The position numbers and the translations under genes were made by a program. This document shows, piece after piece, positions 45,331 through 55,491 of a stretch of DNA of 64,000 bases. The stretch covers positions 56,082 through 120,081 of the forward strand of contig CANFLS010000005.1 of the NCBI GenBank assembly GCA_947447955.1, read 5' to 3'. Each line of letters begins with the position of its first letter. Position 1 is the first letter of the stretch. This stretch comes from Flavobacteriales bacterium. GTDB lineage: Bacteria; Bacteroidota; Bacteroidia; NS11-12g; UBA955. The notes below the pieces were generated by a model. That model was not told where the DNA came from, ran no database searches, and worked only from the letters and a program-made list of their open reading frames with translations.

Positions 45331-47466
45331 ATGACCGAAGAACGCAAAACCCCAGAAAATAAGCCTAGTGGCCGAAAATTTAATTATTATTGGATATACG
45401 GTATTTTATTTATTGTTTTTTTAGCTTTGAGTTTCCTTCCGAAAGGATCTGGACAAGTTACGAGCTGGAACGAAGTTAGAGACATGGCTATCAAAGGCGA
45501 TGTTAAAAAATTGGTTCTTGTAAATGACCGTATGGTTGAAGTATTCTTAACCCAAGAGGCTTCCCAACAAAAAAGTTATTCTAACGCTCAGAAAAAAGAT
45601 GATCTTTTTGGACAAGCCGAACCTAATTTTAGTTTCGAAATTGAAAAAGGTTTCTTTAACAATGAATTTCAAGAATTAAAAAACGATATCGTAAAAGCAG
45701 GGAAAAATCCCAACGATTTAACCGTTCAATTTGTAAGCCAAAGCGATATTTTTGGTCAACTTTTCCAATGGGTATTCTTTATCGCCATTTTCTTGGTTTT
45801 CTGGAACCTTATGTTCAAGAAAATGGGTGGCGGCGGTGGCGGCGGTGGTCCTAATATTTTTAGTATTGGACGTTCAAAAGCTCAATTGTTTGACAAAGAC
45901 ACCAAAGTAAATATCTCTTTTAAAGACGTTGCTGGCTTAGAAGAAGCCAAAGAGGAAGTGATGGAAATCGTTGATTTCCTTAAAAATCCAAAAAAATATA
46001 CCGATTTAGGTGGTAAAATACCAAAAGGAGCACTACTTGTAGGCCCTCCAGGTACTGGTAAAACCTTATTGGCAAAAGCCGTTGCCGGTGAAGCGGGTGT
46101 GCCATTTTTCTCTTTGTCAGGTTCAGATTTCGTAGAAATGTTTGTGGGTGTGGGTGCAAGTCGTGTACGTGACCTTTTCAAACAAGCTAAAGAAAAAGCT
46201 CCTGCCATCATTTTTATTGATGAAATTGACGCCATTGGTAGAGCCAGAGGAAAAAATTTAATCCAAAATTCTAATGATGAACGTGAAAATACCTTAAATC
46301 AGCTTCTTGCCGAAATGGATGGTTTTGGAACAGATTCAGGTGTTATTATTCTTGCCGCTACTAACCGTGCCGATATTCTTGATAGCGCATTGATGCGTCC
46401 AGGTCGTTTCGACAGACAAATTAGCGTAGACAGACCAGACATCGTTGGTAGAGAGCAAATTTTCAAAGTGCATCTTAAACCATTAACAAAACTGAATGCA
46501 GATGTTGATGTTCACAGATTGGCAGCACAAACTCCTGGTTTTGCAGGTGCTGAAATTGCAAATGTTTGTAATGAAGCTGCATTAATCGCAGCCCGCCATG
46601 GTAAGGATCAAGTTTCAATGAAAGATTTTCAAGACGCTATTGACAGAGTTATTGGTGGATTGGAAAAGAAAAATAAAATCATTTCTCCAGAAGAAAAGAA
46701 AATTGTTGCCTATCATGAGGCCGGGCATGCTGTTGCTGGTTGGTTCCTTGAATTTGCAGATCCATTATTGAAAGTTTCTATTGTTCCCCGTGGTGTTGCC
46801 GCATTGGGTTATGCCCAATATCTTCCAAAAGAACAGTATTTATACCGAACCGAACAATTGATTGATAGCATGTGTATGACTCTTGGAGGTCGTGTGGCTG
46901 AACAAATTTTCTTTGGAAAAATTTCAACTGGAGCACAAAATGATTTGGAAAGAATTACCAAATTAGCCTACAGCATGATTACTATTTACGGAATGAGCTC
47001 CAAAGTTGGAAACGTAAGTTTTAATGATCCAACAGGTGAATACGGCTACCAACGCCCTTATTCTGAGCAAACCGCTCAACTTATTGATCAAGAAGTAAGA
47101 GAATTGATTGATGCTGCTTACAAGCGCACAATTGAATTGTTGAGTGAGAAAAAATCTGAAGTTGAAGCCGTTGCATTAGAATTGCTTGACAAGGAAATTA
47201 TTTTCAAGTCTGATTTAGATAGAATTATTGGCAAACGTCCATTCGCCGAAGATGAAGACATTACCGCTACAATAGCTGCTGCCAATTTAACAGATCTCGA
47301 AAAAAACGAACCTGTATTGCCAAAGGTTGAAACTACAGTTTCTGAAACGCCTGTTGCAATTGAACCAGCTAAAGAAACTGAACAAGCTGATAACTCAACT
47401 GAAAAATCAGATATCATTTCAGAAGAAAACACCAGCACTACTGAAGATTCAGATAAATCAGAATAA
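45331..47466 (+). CDS. ftsH: ATP-dependent zinc metalloprotease FtsH
   Basis: Two N-terminal TM segments, AAA core [22 protein letters not shown], second region of homology, HEAGHA zinc site. Acidic/Ser-Thr-rich C-terminal tail. Confidence 0.95.
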   Translation: MTEERKTPENKPSGRKFNYYWIYGILFIVFLALSFLPKGSGQVTSWNEVRDMAIKGDVKKLVLVNDRMVEVFLTQEASQQKSYSNAQKKDDLFGQAEPNFSFEIEKGFFNNEFQELKNDIVKAGKNPNDLTVQFVSQSDIFGQLFQWVFFIAIFLVFWNLMFKKMGGGGGGGGPNIFSIGRSKAQLFDKDTKVNISFKDVAGLEEAKEEVMEIVDFLKNPKKYTDLGGKIPKGALLVGPPGTGKTLLAKAVAGEAGVPFFSLSGSDFVEMFVGVGASRVRDLFKQAKEKAPAIIFIDEIDAIGRARGKNLIQNSNDERENTLNQLLAEMDGFGTDSGVIILAATNRADILDSALMRPGRFDRQISVDRPDIVGREQIFKVHLKPLTKLNADVDVHRLAAQTPGFAGAEIANVCNEAALIAARHGKDQVSMKDFQDAIDRVIGGLEKKNKIISPEEKKIVAYHEAGHAVAGWFLEFADPLLKVSIVPRGVAALGYAQYLPKEQYLYRTEQLIDSMCMTLGGRVAEQIFFGKISTGAQNDLERITKLAYSMITIYGMSSKVGNVSFNDPTGEYGYQRPYSEQTAQLIDQEVRELIDAAYKRTIELLSEKKSEVEAVALELLDKEIIFKSDLDRIIGKRPFAEDEDITATIAAANLTDLEKNEPVLPKVETTVSETPVAIEPAKETEQADNSTEKSDIISEENTSTTEDSDKSE

Positions 47467-47483
47467 TATCATTTAACTCATAC

Positions 47484-47521
47484 AAAAAAGAGGTGCAATT
47501 GATCAATTGCACCTCTTTTTT
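47484..47521. terminator. Strong bidirectional hairpin terminator
   Basis: AAAAAAGAGGTGCAATTG-atc-AATTGCACCTCTTTTTT. Confidence 0.85.
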
Positions 47522-47553
47522 ATTACTCACTATCAATATTCGTTTGAAACTTC

Positions 47554-47654
47554 TAATCCGTTTCGACTAATCCTAATCTCTTTAATCCGTCTAATCTGTC
47601 TAATCTGTCTAATCCGTCTAATCTGTCTAATCCGTCTAATCCGTCTAACCCAGA
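47554..47654. repeat. 9-bp tandem repeat TAATCYGTC (7 exact units at 47583-47645, plus degenerate flanking units)
   Basis: Read directly: TAATCCGTC TAATCTGTC TAATCTGTC TAATCCGTC TAATCTGTC TAATCCGTC TAATCCGTC. It abuts the stop codon (47655-47657) of the minus-strand ABC exporter. Confidence 0.9.
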
Positions 47655-49481
47655 TTACGATCCCAACTCTTGCAATTGAATTAGTTTTGCATACAATCCA
47701 CCTTTTGCAATCAATTCTTGGTGTTTGCCTATTTCAATAATTTTTCCCTTTTCCAAAACAACTATTTTATCGGCATGCATCACGGTGCTCAACCTATGAG
47801 CCACTACCAAGCTCGTGCGATTGCGCATCAAGCTCTCTAAGGCCATTTGGACAGCCTTTTCGCTCTGAGAGTCCAAAGCGGATGTTGCTTCGTCCAGAAT
47901 CAAAATTTCAGGGTCTTTTAACAATGCCCTTGCTATAGACAATCTTTGCTTTTGTCCACCACTCAATTTTCCACCACGTTCACCAATTTCAGACTCATAC
48001 CCTTTCTCCATTTCCATAATGAAATCATGGGCATAGGCCGCCTTTGCAGCAGATTCAACTTGTTCAATTGTCAATTCAGGCCTTCCCAATGCAATATTGT
48101 TGCGAATCGTATCATTAAATAAAATACTCTCTTGGTTTACAATTCCTACCAATTGTCTTAAATCTTCTTGATTAAACTCGCGAATATCAATTCCATCTAG
48201 CAAAATTCCGCCTGAAGAAACATCATAAAATCTAGCAATCAAATCTGTAATGGTGGTTTTACCCGCACCAGAAGGTCCAACAAATGCAATGGTTTCACCT
48301 TTATTAATTTTGAGGGACACATTACTGAGTACTTCACTTCCCTCAACATAAGAAAATCCCACATTTGCTAATTCTAAGGTACTGTCAAATTTAGGAGTTT
48401 TGGGATTTTTAGGATCTTCAACCACCACAGGGGCAGTAACCAATTCCTGAATTCTCTCTAAACTCGCCATTCCCTTTTGGGCAGCATACAACGCATTCGA
48501 AAATCCTTTAAACGGTGGAATTAGTTGACTAAAAATAGTAAAATAACCCAAAAAGAACTCTGGGTCTAATTCACCACTGAATACCATTTTTCCACCCAAC
48601 CACAAAAGCAAAGCAGAAACCGTAATTCCAATGGTTTCACTAACCGGTGATGACAAATCATATCTGCGTTGAACCGATATATTGTTTTTTGTATAATCTA
48701 AATCCTGGTCACTGTATCTGTTGAAGAAAAACTTCGACGCATTAAATGCTTTTATCACCCTAATTCCGCCTAGAGTTTCTTCAAATGAACTCATTACCCT
48801 ACCAAGCAATTGTTGATTCTTACCGGACTTTCTGCGCAATGATCTTCCAATCAAAGCAATAATAGCAGCGGTAATTGGCAAAAACAAAAGAATGTACAAG
48901 GTTAATTTAGCCGAAAGCACTACCAATGCCAACATGAAAATAATGATATTTAAAGGCTGAAAATATAGTGCTTCTAATGAAACCATTAATGCAAATTCAA
49001 TCTCTTTAATGTCATTGCTCATTTTTGAAATCAGATCGCCTTTTCTTTCATTATTGAAATATGCAATCGGCAAATTCAAACATTTCTCGTAAATATCCAA
49101 TCTCATTTGTCGGATGCTCTTATTTCTAATGAGCACCATGTAATTCATTGCAGTAAAACGAGCAGCATTTTTAAACAATGTTACAATAACCAAACCTATA
49201 CTCAAATAAGCCAAAGCAGTATAAGGATCACCTTTGGCCATTGCACCAAACCAATCAATAAAAGATTGATAAAGTCCAGCAAACCATTTTCCAACGTCTT
49301 TTTGATTTACATGCAAATCAGATATTTGTTGGTCTTTACTGAATAAAAATTTCAGCACAGGCATGATCAACAACAATGTAATTAAGTTGAATAATATGTA
49401 AAACAGATTAAATAAGAAATTTAAGAAGATCAATCCCTTATAATCTGCAGCATACTTAAGAAATTTTAATACAGCTTTCAA
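47655..49481 (-). CDS. ABC exporter, fused permease-ATPase (MsbA/lipid A exporter-like)
   Basis: 608 aa. Six-TM type I exporter domain, then GPSGAGKTT, LSGGQKQRLSIARA, ILILDEATSALD. TTG start as in the track. Confidence 0.8.
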   Translation of the reverse strand: MKAVLKFLKYAADYKGLIFLNFLFNLFYILFNLITLLLIMPVLKFLFSKDQQISDLHVNQKDVGKWFAGLYQSFIDWFGAMAKGDPYTALAYLSIGLVIVTLFKNAARFTAMNYMVLIRNKSIRQMRLDIYEKCLNLPIAYFNNERKGDLISKMSNDIKEIEFALMVSLEALYFQPLNIIIFMLALVVLSAKLTLYILLFLPITAAIIALIGRSLRRKSGKNQQLLGRVMSSFEETLGGIRVIKAFNASKFFFNRYSDQDLDYTKNNISVQRRYDLSSPVSETIGITVSALLLWLGGKMVFSGELDPEFFLGYFTIFSQLIPPFKGFSNALYAAQKGMASLERIQELVTAPVVVEDPKNPKTPKFDSTLELANVGFSYVEGSEVLSNVSLKINKGETIAFVGPSGAGKTTITDLIARFYDVSSGGILLDGIDIREFNQEDLRQLVGIVNQESILFNDTIRNNIALGRPELTIEQVESAAKAAYAHDFIMEMEKGYESEIGERGGKLSGGQKQRLSIARALLKDPEILILDEATSALDSQSEKAVQMALESLMRNRTSLVVAHRLSTVMHADKIVVLEKGKIIEIGKHQELIAKGGLYAKLIQLQELGS

Positions 49482-49488
49482 ATTGTTG

Positions 49489-49496
49489 CAAAATTA
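49489..49496 (-). promoter_or_regulatory. -7 box TAATTTTG (minus strand) upstream of the ABC exporter
   Basis: Plus strand CAAAATTA, 7 nt upstream of the TTG start at 49481. Confidence 0.4.
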
Positions 49497-49545
49497 CGGA
49501 ATATTCTGATTGTTTTAAGCACTTCATTTATGCGAATAAATTGCA

Positions 49546-49577
49546 TAAAAAAGGCCCAAGTTGAAACTTGGGCCTTT
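49546..49577 (-). terminator. Rho-independent terminator of the T9SS cargo gene
   Basis: GGCCCAAGT-tgaa-ACTTGGGCC with an A-run on the plus strand (a T-run on the minus strand). Confidence 0.8.
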
Positions 49578-49613
49578 CGAATTTTCCATATCTATATGGC
49601 AATTGATTATAAT

Positions 49614-52600
49614 TTATTTAACAAATAATCTATCAACGAATGATTGACCAGTTAAATTGGTAATTCTAACAAATAACATTCCCTTAAAATTATTCAAATT
49701 AACACTCATTTCAGAATTTGAGAAATCCGTGTTTTTTACACTTTTTACAATTCTTCCAGACAAATCAATAAATTCAACTTTTGCAATATTTTGTGCATTG
49801 TTAAAGTTTACTGTTTCAACAGCAGGATTAGGATACATTTTGAAATTTCCTTGTGAGAAATCCCTAACTGCACTTGCTTCATTGTCTTTAATTGTTAAAA
49901 TCATAAGCGAATCTTTTCCATAAGCACCTGGGCCTTTGATATTACGGATTGCAAATGTTACAAGTAAATCACCTTGATAAATCAAATCATCAGTAATGTT
50001 TGTTTTAACACTAAAATAATTATTGTTTTTTGTTACAATGATTGTTCTATTGGCAAAATCATAATCTGCAGGACTGGCAGCGGTACCACCAAGACAAACA
50101 ACGTCAAATGTGAAATTCTCATCAGATGGGAAAACTGAAATATCCATTTTGAAAGAATCAGCCAATTCAAATACAGAATCTTTACCATGCATAAAGTTCA
50201 CCGTTGGTAAACTAGAAACAGAAATATCTGAAATTTTGCGTGGAGTTAAATAATATTTCGAAGTGTATGGCGAAGTAGCATCCATTTGTGTTCCAATACC
50301 AACTACGTTTATGTAACCAGTTGGAGTTGCAATTCCCGATATGTTGGTTTCAGCATCAATATTCAAAGTATCTATATTCCCAGAAGTACTAATTACTCTT
50401 ACAAATTTATTTGTATTTGCACTTAAAGCAGTTGTTGGCCATTCTGTAATATCAACCAATTTAACCCTATTCAATTGAACCAACTTAGATTCCGTAGTTT
50501 CATTGATTTTTGAAACAGTAACTGGCGAAACCATTTTGTTATTGTTTGAAATTTTAATAATGGTATCTAATTTATCCATTTGAGCATAACCCTGATTCTG
50601 ATTTACAGAACCTTGAACCATAATTGAATCACCTTCTTTTAAATTGTACCCAAAATTATTAGTTGCTGACAAAACTCCAATTCCACCTGTGTTATCCATC
50701 ATGGTGAATTCTAGACCGGTAGATTTCAAATTAACGCCGTAAACAGTACCGTAAATTCTGCATTTTACATTCAAAGAATCGGCAGTTTTATTTGCATTAG
50801 TTTGCTTATTGATTTTTCCAATAGTATAAACTGGATAATCATCATCTTTTATTAATACATTAAATGTATCAGATTTAGCTATGTAAAAATTAGACAAATT
50901 AGCCAATCCAAATTTCATATTTTCAGTAACCTCAAAAATATTATCATCTACAATTGGAATACTGATACTTAGAGTGTCAGATGAAGTCGAAGTAACGTTG
51001 AAAATCTTAGATGCTGGATTAAATTTAAAGTCTCCAGGATTTTGCGCCGTACTTAATGCAGTATATAATCTAAAGGTAAAATCACCACCAGCATCTTTTC
51101 GATTAACCAAAAGCATTTTGATATCCACAGAACCCACATTTTCTTTTACAGTTATACCAGAACCGATAAACTTAACAGTTGATGGTCCATCATTATCCAT
51201 AATGATAATTGTTCCTAATGAATCCTTAGAAATTAATCCGCCTCCTGTAATTTGTCTTACTACAACAATCACTGAATCATCTTTATCAGACATGATATCG
51301 TCAATTACTTTTCCTTTGATCGTGATAGAATCAGGTCCACTAGATTTACCCAAATTGAAAGTAGTATCATTGTTATTGCTGCTCAAAGAAAATTCTGCAG
51401 GAATAAAAGTACTATCAGCTTTGAATTTTACCATTAATTTCAACTTACAAGCAGTAGTAACGGCTTTGTCGATTTTGATTTTTATCCCAACTGTCCCTGC
51501 GCCTTCTTTCACCTTAATCTTAGCCGGCACAATAGAAATATTCGCAATATCATTATCTGTAATAGTCACGGTATGCGCAACTTCAGTTCCAATAAGACAA
51601 TTCGAAGCTTGATCTAAACGCAAAACTATTGTTTCAGCACCTTCAGCAACATTGTCGTCATTTAATGTAATTACCGTAGTGTCGCTTATTGCCAAACCTG
51701 GTTTAAATTTAATGATTTTAGGTTCAGCAACGTCGTAATCAGCACTCGCACCTTTAGTAGCAGTACCACCAACAACATACAATCTTACAGATTGGTTATC
51801 TGAATTACTATATTTTCTAGTTACATAAACATTAAATTTACCAGCACCTTCACCAACGGTTGAAGTTCTTGCCCAAAATTCAACTCTTGGAGCAATCATA
51901 GGAGCATCATCAACGGTAAAGATAATTGGAGCCGTTGCACCACCTGAAGGATTTTTTGTATTTCTGTTATTCACACCCCAAATTGCATTGGTATCTGTAT
52001 TTGCGTAAATTGAAAATCCAGTAGAAGCCGATAAATTATCAATCCTCTTCACGCCTGAAGCCAAATTGTTTGGAATTATTGTACCCCAACGTCCAGATTT
52101 GCCAACAACACTATCAGATAAGAATTTAACTATGCTCGAATAAGAAGCACCTGAATAAGAACTATTTTCAACATTTGCAATTGACAATGGCCTTCCAGTT
52201 CCGTTTAAATTATCAAATAATCCCGCAAAACTTTTAGCCGAAGCCATACTTTTACCCCAAACTGCTGTTCCAGAATTTGTATTTGAAGTTGTACCCCATT
52301 GCAACACTGTAATTGAATCTTGGCAGAAATATCTCATTGTATCCTTCGGATTGCTTACCCCGAAAATCGTAACTGCCATATACAATTTATTTCCAGCTGT
52401 AAATCTAGAATCACCATCATTCACAACAGAGAACCAAGCTTCAACATTACCCATCATATCGCTACTCAAAGTATCGCAGCCACCTGTAGTTGTAAAGCTA
52501 GTGGTTGTTGCATATCTAAAGTTGCCTTGTGAATCAATGTACAAATCACTACCTGCTCCTACTGCCGTATTGCTGTATGTATAAAGCTCAGATGATTTCA

Positions 52601-52796
52601 TCATTTTAACAATATACTTATATCTTGAATTTGGTGTAAAACCATCCATTCTCAATTTTGCAAAAACCGGTAAACGTGTTGTAGAACCTGATGCCATGTA
52701 CTGAGGTACTTGCATTCCAATTGTTTTCATTGACGTATATTGAGCTTTGGAAAAGCCAATAGTCAACACCAATAACATAAATAAAATCTTTTTCAT
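49614..52796 (-). CDS. Secreted multi-domain protein with several Calx-beta-like domains and a T9SS C-terminal sorting domain
   Basis: Signal peptide MKKILFMLLVLTIGFSKAQ. Repeated Calx-beta signatures (TLNDDNVAEGAETIVLRL, ITDNDIA, IMDNDGPS, VDDNIFEVTENMKF, ADYD). The last ~80 aa, KMYPNPAVETVNF...FVRITNLTGQSFVDRLFVK, match the type A T9SS CTD. Confidence 0.8.
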   Translation of the reverse strand: MKKILFMLLVLTIGFSKAQYTSMKTIGMQVPQYMASGSTTRLPVFAKLRMDGFTPNSRYKYIVKMMKSSELYTYSNTAVGAGSDLYIDSQGNFRYATTTSFTTTGGCDTLSSDMMGNVEAWFSVVNDGDSRFTAGNKLYMAVTIFGVSNPKDTMRYFCQDSITVLQWGTTSNTNSGTAVWGKSMASAKSFAGLFDNLNGTGRPLSIANVENSSYSGASYSSIVKFLSDSVVGKSGRWGTIIPNNLASGVKRIDNLSASTGFSIYANTDTNAIWGVNNRNTKNPSGGATAPIIFTVDDAPMIAPRVEFWARTSTVGEGAGKFNVYVTRKYSNSDNQSVRLYVVGGTATKGASADYDVAEPKIIKFKPGLAISDTTVITLNDDNVAEGAETIVLRLDQASNCLIGTEVAHTVTITDNDIANISIVPAKIKVKEGAGTVGIKIKIDKAVTTACKLKLMVKFKADSTFIPAEFSLSSNNNDTTFNLGKSSGPDSITIKGKVIDDIMSDKDDSVIVVVRQITGGGLISKDSLGTIIIMDNDGPSTVKFIGSGITVKENVGSVDIKMLLVNRKDAGGDFTFRLYTALSTAQNPGDFKFNPASKIFNVTSTSSDTLSISIPIVDDNIFEVTENMKFGLANLSNFYIAKSDTFNVLIKDDDYPVYTIGKINKQTNANKTADSLNVKCRIYGTVYGVNLKSTGLEFTMMDNTGGIGVLSATNNFGYNLKEGDSIMVQGSVNQNQGYAQMDKLDTIIKISNNNKMVSPVTVSKINETTESKLVQLNRVKLVDITEWPTTALSANTNKFVRVISTSGNIDTLNIDAETNISGIATPTGYINVVGIGTQMDATSPYTSKYYLTPRKISDISVSSLPTVNFMHGKDSVFELADSFKMDISVFPSDENFTFDVVCLGGTAASPADYDFANRTIIVTKNNNYFSVKTNITDDLIYQGDLLVTFAIRNIKGPGAYGKDSLMILTIKDNEASAVRDFSQGNFKMYPNPAVETVNFNNAQNIAKVEFIDLSGRIVKSVKNTDFSNSEMSVNLNNFKGMLFVRITNLTGQSFVDRLFVK

Positions 52797-52815
52797 TATA
52801 ATTTCTCGAATATTA

Positions 52816-52823
52816 CAAATTTA
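52816..52823 (-). promoter_or_regulatory. -7 box TAAATTTG (minus strand) upstream of the T9SS cargo gene
   Basis: Plus strand CAAATTTA, 19 nt upstream of ATG 52796. Confidence 0.4.
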
Positions 52824-52879
52824 ATCAACTATTTCATATTAGCAACATTCTTATTGGCGCTCACCAAATTAGACCTTGC

Positions 52880-53593
52880 CTACAAAGTGAATCCCAATGC
52901 AAGTACACTCACTTTAACATCCTTAAATTGATGAATTGCCCTAACACATGATTCTATAGTTGAACCTGTTGTTATTACATCATCCACAATAACAATGTGA
53001 CTGTAATTGTCATTCAGCTCATTCAATGCATATAAATCTTTGGTATTCTCCCAACGCGAAAATCGATTCTTTTTTGTTTGACTTTCCGCATCAATATCTC
53101 TCTTTAAAATATTCATATCTAAGGGTATACCCAAAGAAAGAGACAAACCTTTGGCTAATTCTTCGGATTGATTATACCCCCTTTTTTTTAATTTTTTCGG
53201 ATGCATTGGAACTGGAACCAAACAATCAAAATTGTTATCAAACATATGATTGCTTTTTAGCCAATTTCCATACCTATTGCCCAAATCGTTTGCCAATATC
53301 ATACCACCGTCATATTTGATATTTTTAATCAAAGAAGCATATTTAGAATCGCTTCGATATTTTATGTAAGCTCCTGCAACATCTATCTTACAACGACCCC
53401 AAAAAGTTTTTTCAACGGGGTTTTCAGTGCCCAAATTATAATATCCAAATGGAATACCACCCTCGCATTTTAAACACAAATATTGTTCATGTCCATAAAT
53501 AATTTTATCGCAAACCAAACAATACCTTGGGAAAATTACATCTATAAATGAATTATATATTTCCCTCATGCTTTTATCGAATATTTCATTCAT
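52880..53593 (-). CDS. comF: ComF-family phosphoribosyltransferase-domain protein
   Basis: N-terminal zinc-finger-like CLVC...CLKC and the C-terminal PRTase motif HIVIVDDVITTGSTI. Confidence 0.8.
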   Translation of the reverse strand: MNEIFDKSMREIYNSFIDVIFPRYCLVCDKIIYGHEQYLCLKCEGGIPFGYYNLGTENPVEKTFWGRCKIDVAGAYIKYRSDSKYASLIKNIKYDGGMILANDLGNRYGNWLKSNHMFDNNFDCLVPVPMHPKKLKKRGYNQSEELAKGLSLSLGIPLDMNILKRDIDAESQTKKNRFSRWENTKDLYALNELNDNYSHIVIVDDVITTGSTIESCVRAIHQFKDVKVSVLALGFTL

Positions 53594-53661
53594 TTAAAAC
53601 AACTTTTTTATCAATTCCCCCCACGAATTGAAATAAACACCGAAATTTGTTTTTTTAAAGT

Positions 53662-55491
53662 ATGGCATCACGAAGATTTGAAGACAGAGATATTCCAAAA
53701 ACCAAAATAAGCATGGGCGCAATTAAGCGCGCATTTCGCTTGTTTAATTACATTTCTACTACCAATAAATGGTTATTTTTATTGGGAACACTTTTTTTAG
53801 CAATTACAGCCGGTGCCTCAATTTTATTTCCGAAATTATTGGGAAATATGATGGACGGAGTATTCGTTTACAAACAAGGTTCGGTTTCTACGGCTCCTTC
53901 AATGGATAAAATTACCCAAGTTGCAAATTGGTTTATTTATCTTTTTATCATTCAGGCTGTATTCAGCTTTTTAAGAATTGCTTTATATGTTAAGGTTACC
54001 GAAAATATGACTTTTTCTTTAAGAACCAGTCTTTTCAAATCTGTAATAAGCCAGAACATGGACTTTCACTCAAAAAACAGAGTGGGCGATTTATTATCGC
54101 GTTTTAGTTCAGATATTTCTCAAATTCAAGATACTTTCACCACCAATATTGCCATGTTTATTAGGCAAGTGTTAGTCATGATTGGAGGTGTAATTTTAAT
54201 TTTCAAGACCTCACCACAACTAGCGGTTTATATGCTTGCAACTGTTCCTGTAATTATTGTTGTTGCATTGATTTTTGGAAAATTTATTCGTAAAATTTCA
54301 AGAGAGGTACAAGACTTAACAGCCCAAAATAATATTATTGTTGAAGAATCAATTACAGGAATAATCAATGTAAAAGCCTATACAAATGAACTTTTCGAAC
54401 ATACGCGCTACATTAAAAATGCATTTACACTTCAGAAAGAAAGCGTAATTAGAGGGTATTGGAGAGGCGCTTTTAGTTCATTTATTATAGTTTGCCTTTT
54501 TGGAAGTATTGTGTTTTTAATTTTCAAGGGACTTGGACTCGTCCAAGCCGGCGAATTAGGTATAGGAGAATTATTTAACTTTATGCTGTTAACAGCATTT
54601 GTTGGAGGAAGCATCGGAGGAATGGCTGAACAATTTGTACAAATTCAAAAAACCCTAGGCGCAGTTGAAAGAGTACTTGATATTATTGAAATGCCTATTG
54701 AGTCGAATAACTCAAACAATGCTCCTGATTTTAATCAACCAATCAAGTTTGAAAATATAGAATTCTCATATCCCTCAAGACCAGATAACCTAGTTTTAAA
54801 AGACATTTCATTAACATTAGAGCCAGGAAAAACAATTGCGTTAGTTGGGCCAAGCGGCTCTGGAAAAAGCACAATCGCAAGCTTAATTTACCAATTTTAT
54901 AAACCTACAAGTGGAAAAATCAACCTTGGAAGTTCAAATATCAACGATATCAGTTTAATCGATTACAGAAAAAACTTTGCCTATGTGCCGCAAGAAGTTG
55001 TCCTTTTTGGCGGTAGCATTTATGAGAATATCCTTTACGGAAATCCAGATGCAACCAAGGAAGAAGTAATTGATGCCGCTACCAAAGCAAATGCAATTAA
55101 CTTCATCAATGAATTTCCTGAAAAATTTGAAACACTTGTTGGTGATAGGGGTATGAAACTATCTGGTGGCCAAAAACAAAGAATTGCCATAGCCAGAGCC
55201 ATAATTAGAAATCCCAAAATATTAATTCTTGACGAAGCAACTTCTGCACTTGATTCAGAAAGCGAATTTGAAGTACAAAAAGCTTTGGCAGAATTAATGA
55301 AAAATAGAACTTCTATCGTTATCGCGCACAGACTTAGCACAATTCGATATGCAGACAATATTCTTGTAATTAGAAGTGGTAAAATTATTGAAAACGGAAA
55401 CCACAATGAATTAATGACTATTGAAAACGGTATTTATAAAAACATGATTGAAAGACAAATAGACCCTTCAGACTATTTTAGCCAAAATTAA
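53662..55491 (+). CDS. ABC exporter, fused permease-ATPase (second MsbA-like paralogue)
   Basis: 609 aa. TM domain, then GPSGSGKST, LSGGQKQRIAIARA, ILILDEATSALD, HRLSTI. Confidence 0.8.
   Translation: MASRRFEDRDIPKTKISMGAIKRAFRLFNYISTTNKWLFLLGTLFLAITAGASILFPKLLGNMMDGVFVYKQGSVSTAPSMDKITQVANWFIYLFIIQAVFSFLRIALYVKVTENMTFSLRTSLFKSVISQNMDFHSKNRVGDLLSRFSSDISQIQDTFTTNIAMFIRQVLVMIGGVILIFKTSPQLAVYMLATVPVIIVVALIFGKFIRKISREVQDLTAQNNIIVEESITGIINVKAYTNELFEHTRYIKNAFTLQKESVIRGYWRGAFSSFIIVCLFGSIVFLIFKGLGLVQAGELGIGELFNFMLLTAFVGGSIGGMAEQFVQIQKTLGAVERVLDIIEMPIESNNSNNAPDFNQPIKFENIEFSYPSRPDNLVLKDISLTLEPGKTIALVGPSGSGKSTIASLIYQFYKPTSGKINLGSSNINDISLIDYRKNFAYVPQEVVLFGGSIYENILYGNPDATKEEVIDAATKANAINFINEFPEKFETLVGDRGMKLSGGQKQRIAIARAIIRNPKILILDEATSALDSESEFEVQKALAELMKNRTSIVIAHRLSTIRYADNILVIRSGKIIENGNHNELMTIENGIYKNMIERQIDPSDYFSQN

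Noticed and set aside
47554-47654. A possible CRISPR array.
   Set aside because: The units are 9 bp and directly abutting, with no spacers. No cas genes or leader are present. It is a microsatellite-type tandem repeat.
47507-47740. A 77-aa ORF translating the 9-bp repeat as LIRLICLICLIRL...
   Set aside because: It starts inside the ftsH terminator hairpin and runs into the antisense of the ABC exporter. It has no promoter or start context, and its apparent peptide repeat is simply the in-frame reading of a 9-bp DNA repeat.
50974-51612. A 212-aa plus-strand ORF, plus several 60-120-aa ORFs antisense within the T9SS cargo, ftsH, polA, leuS, DUF502 and other genes.
   Set aside because: All lie fully within long, motif-supported genes on the opposite strand or in another frame. 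Their compositions are typical of antisense reading of AT-rich coding DNA. None has promoter or terminator support.
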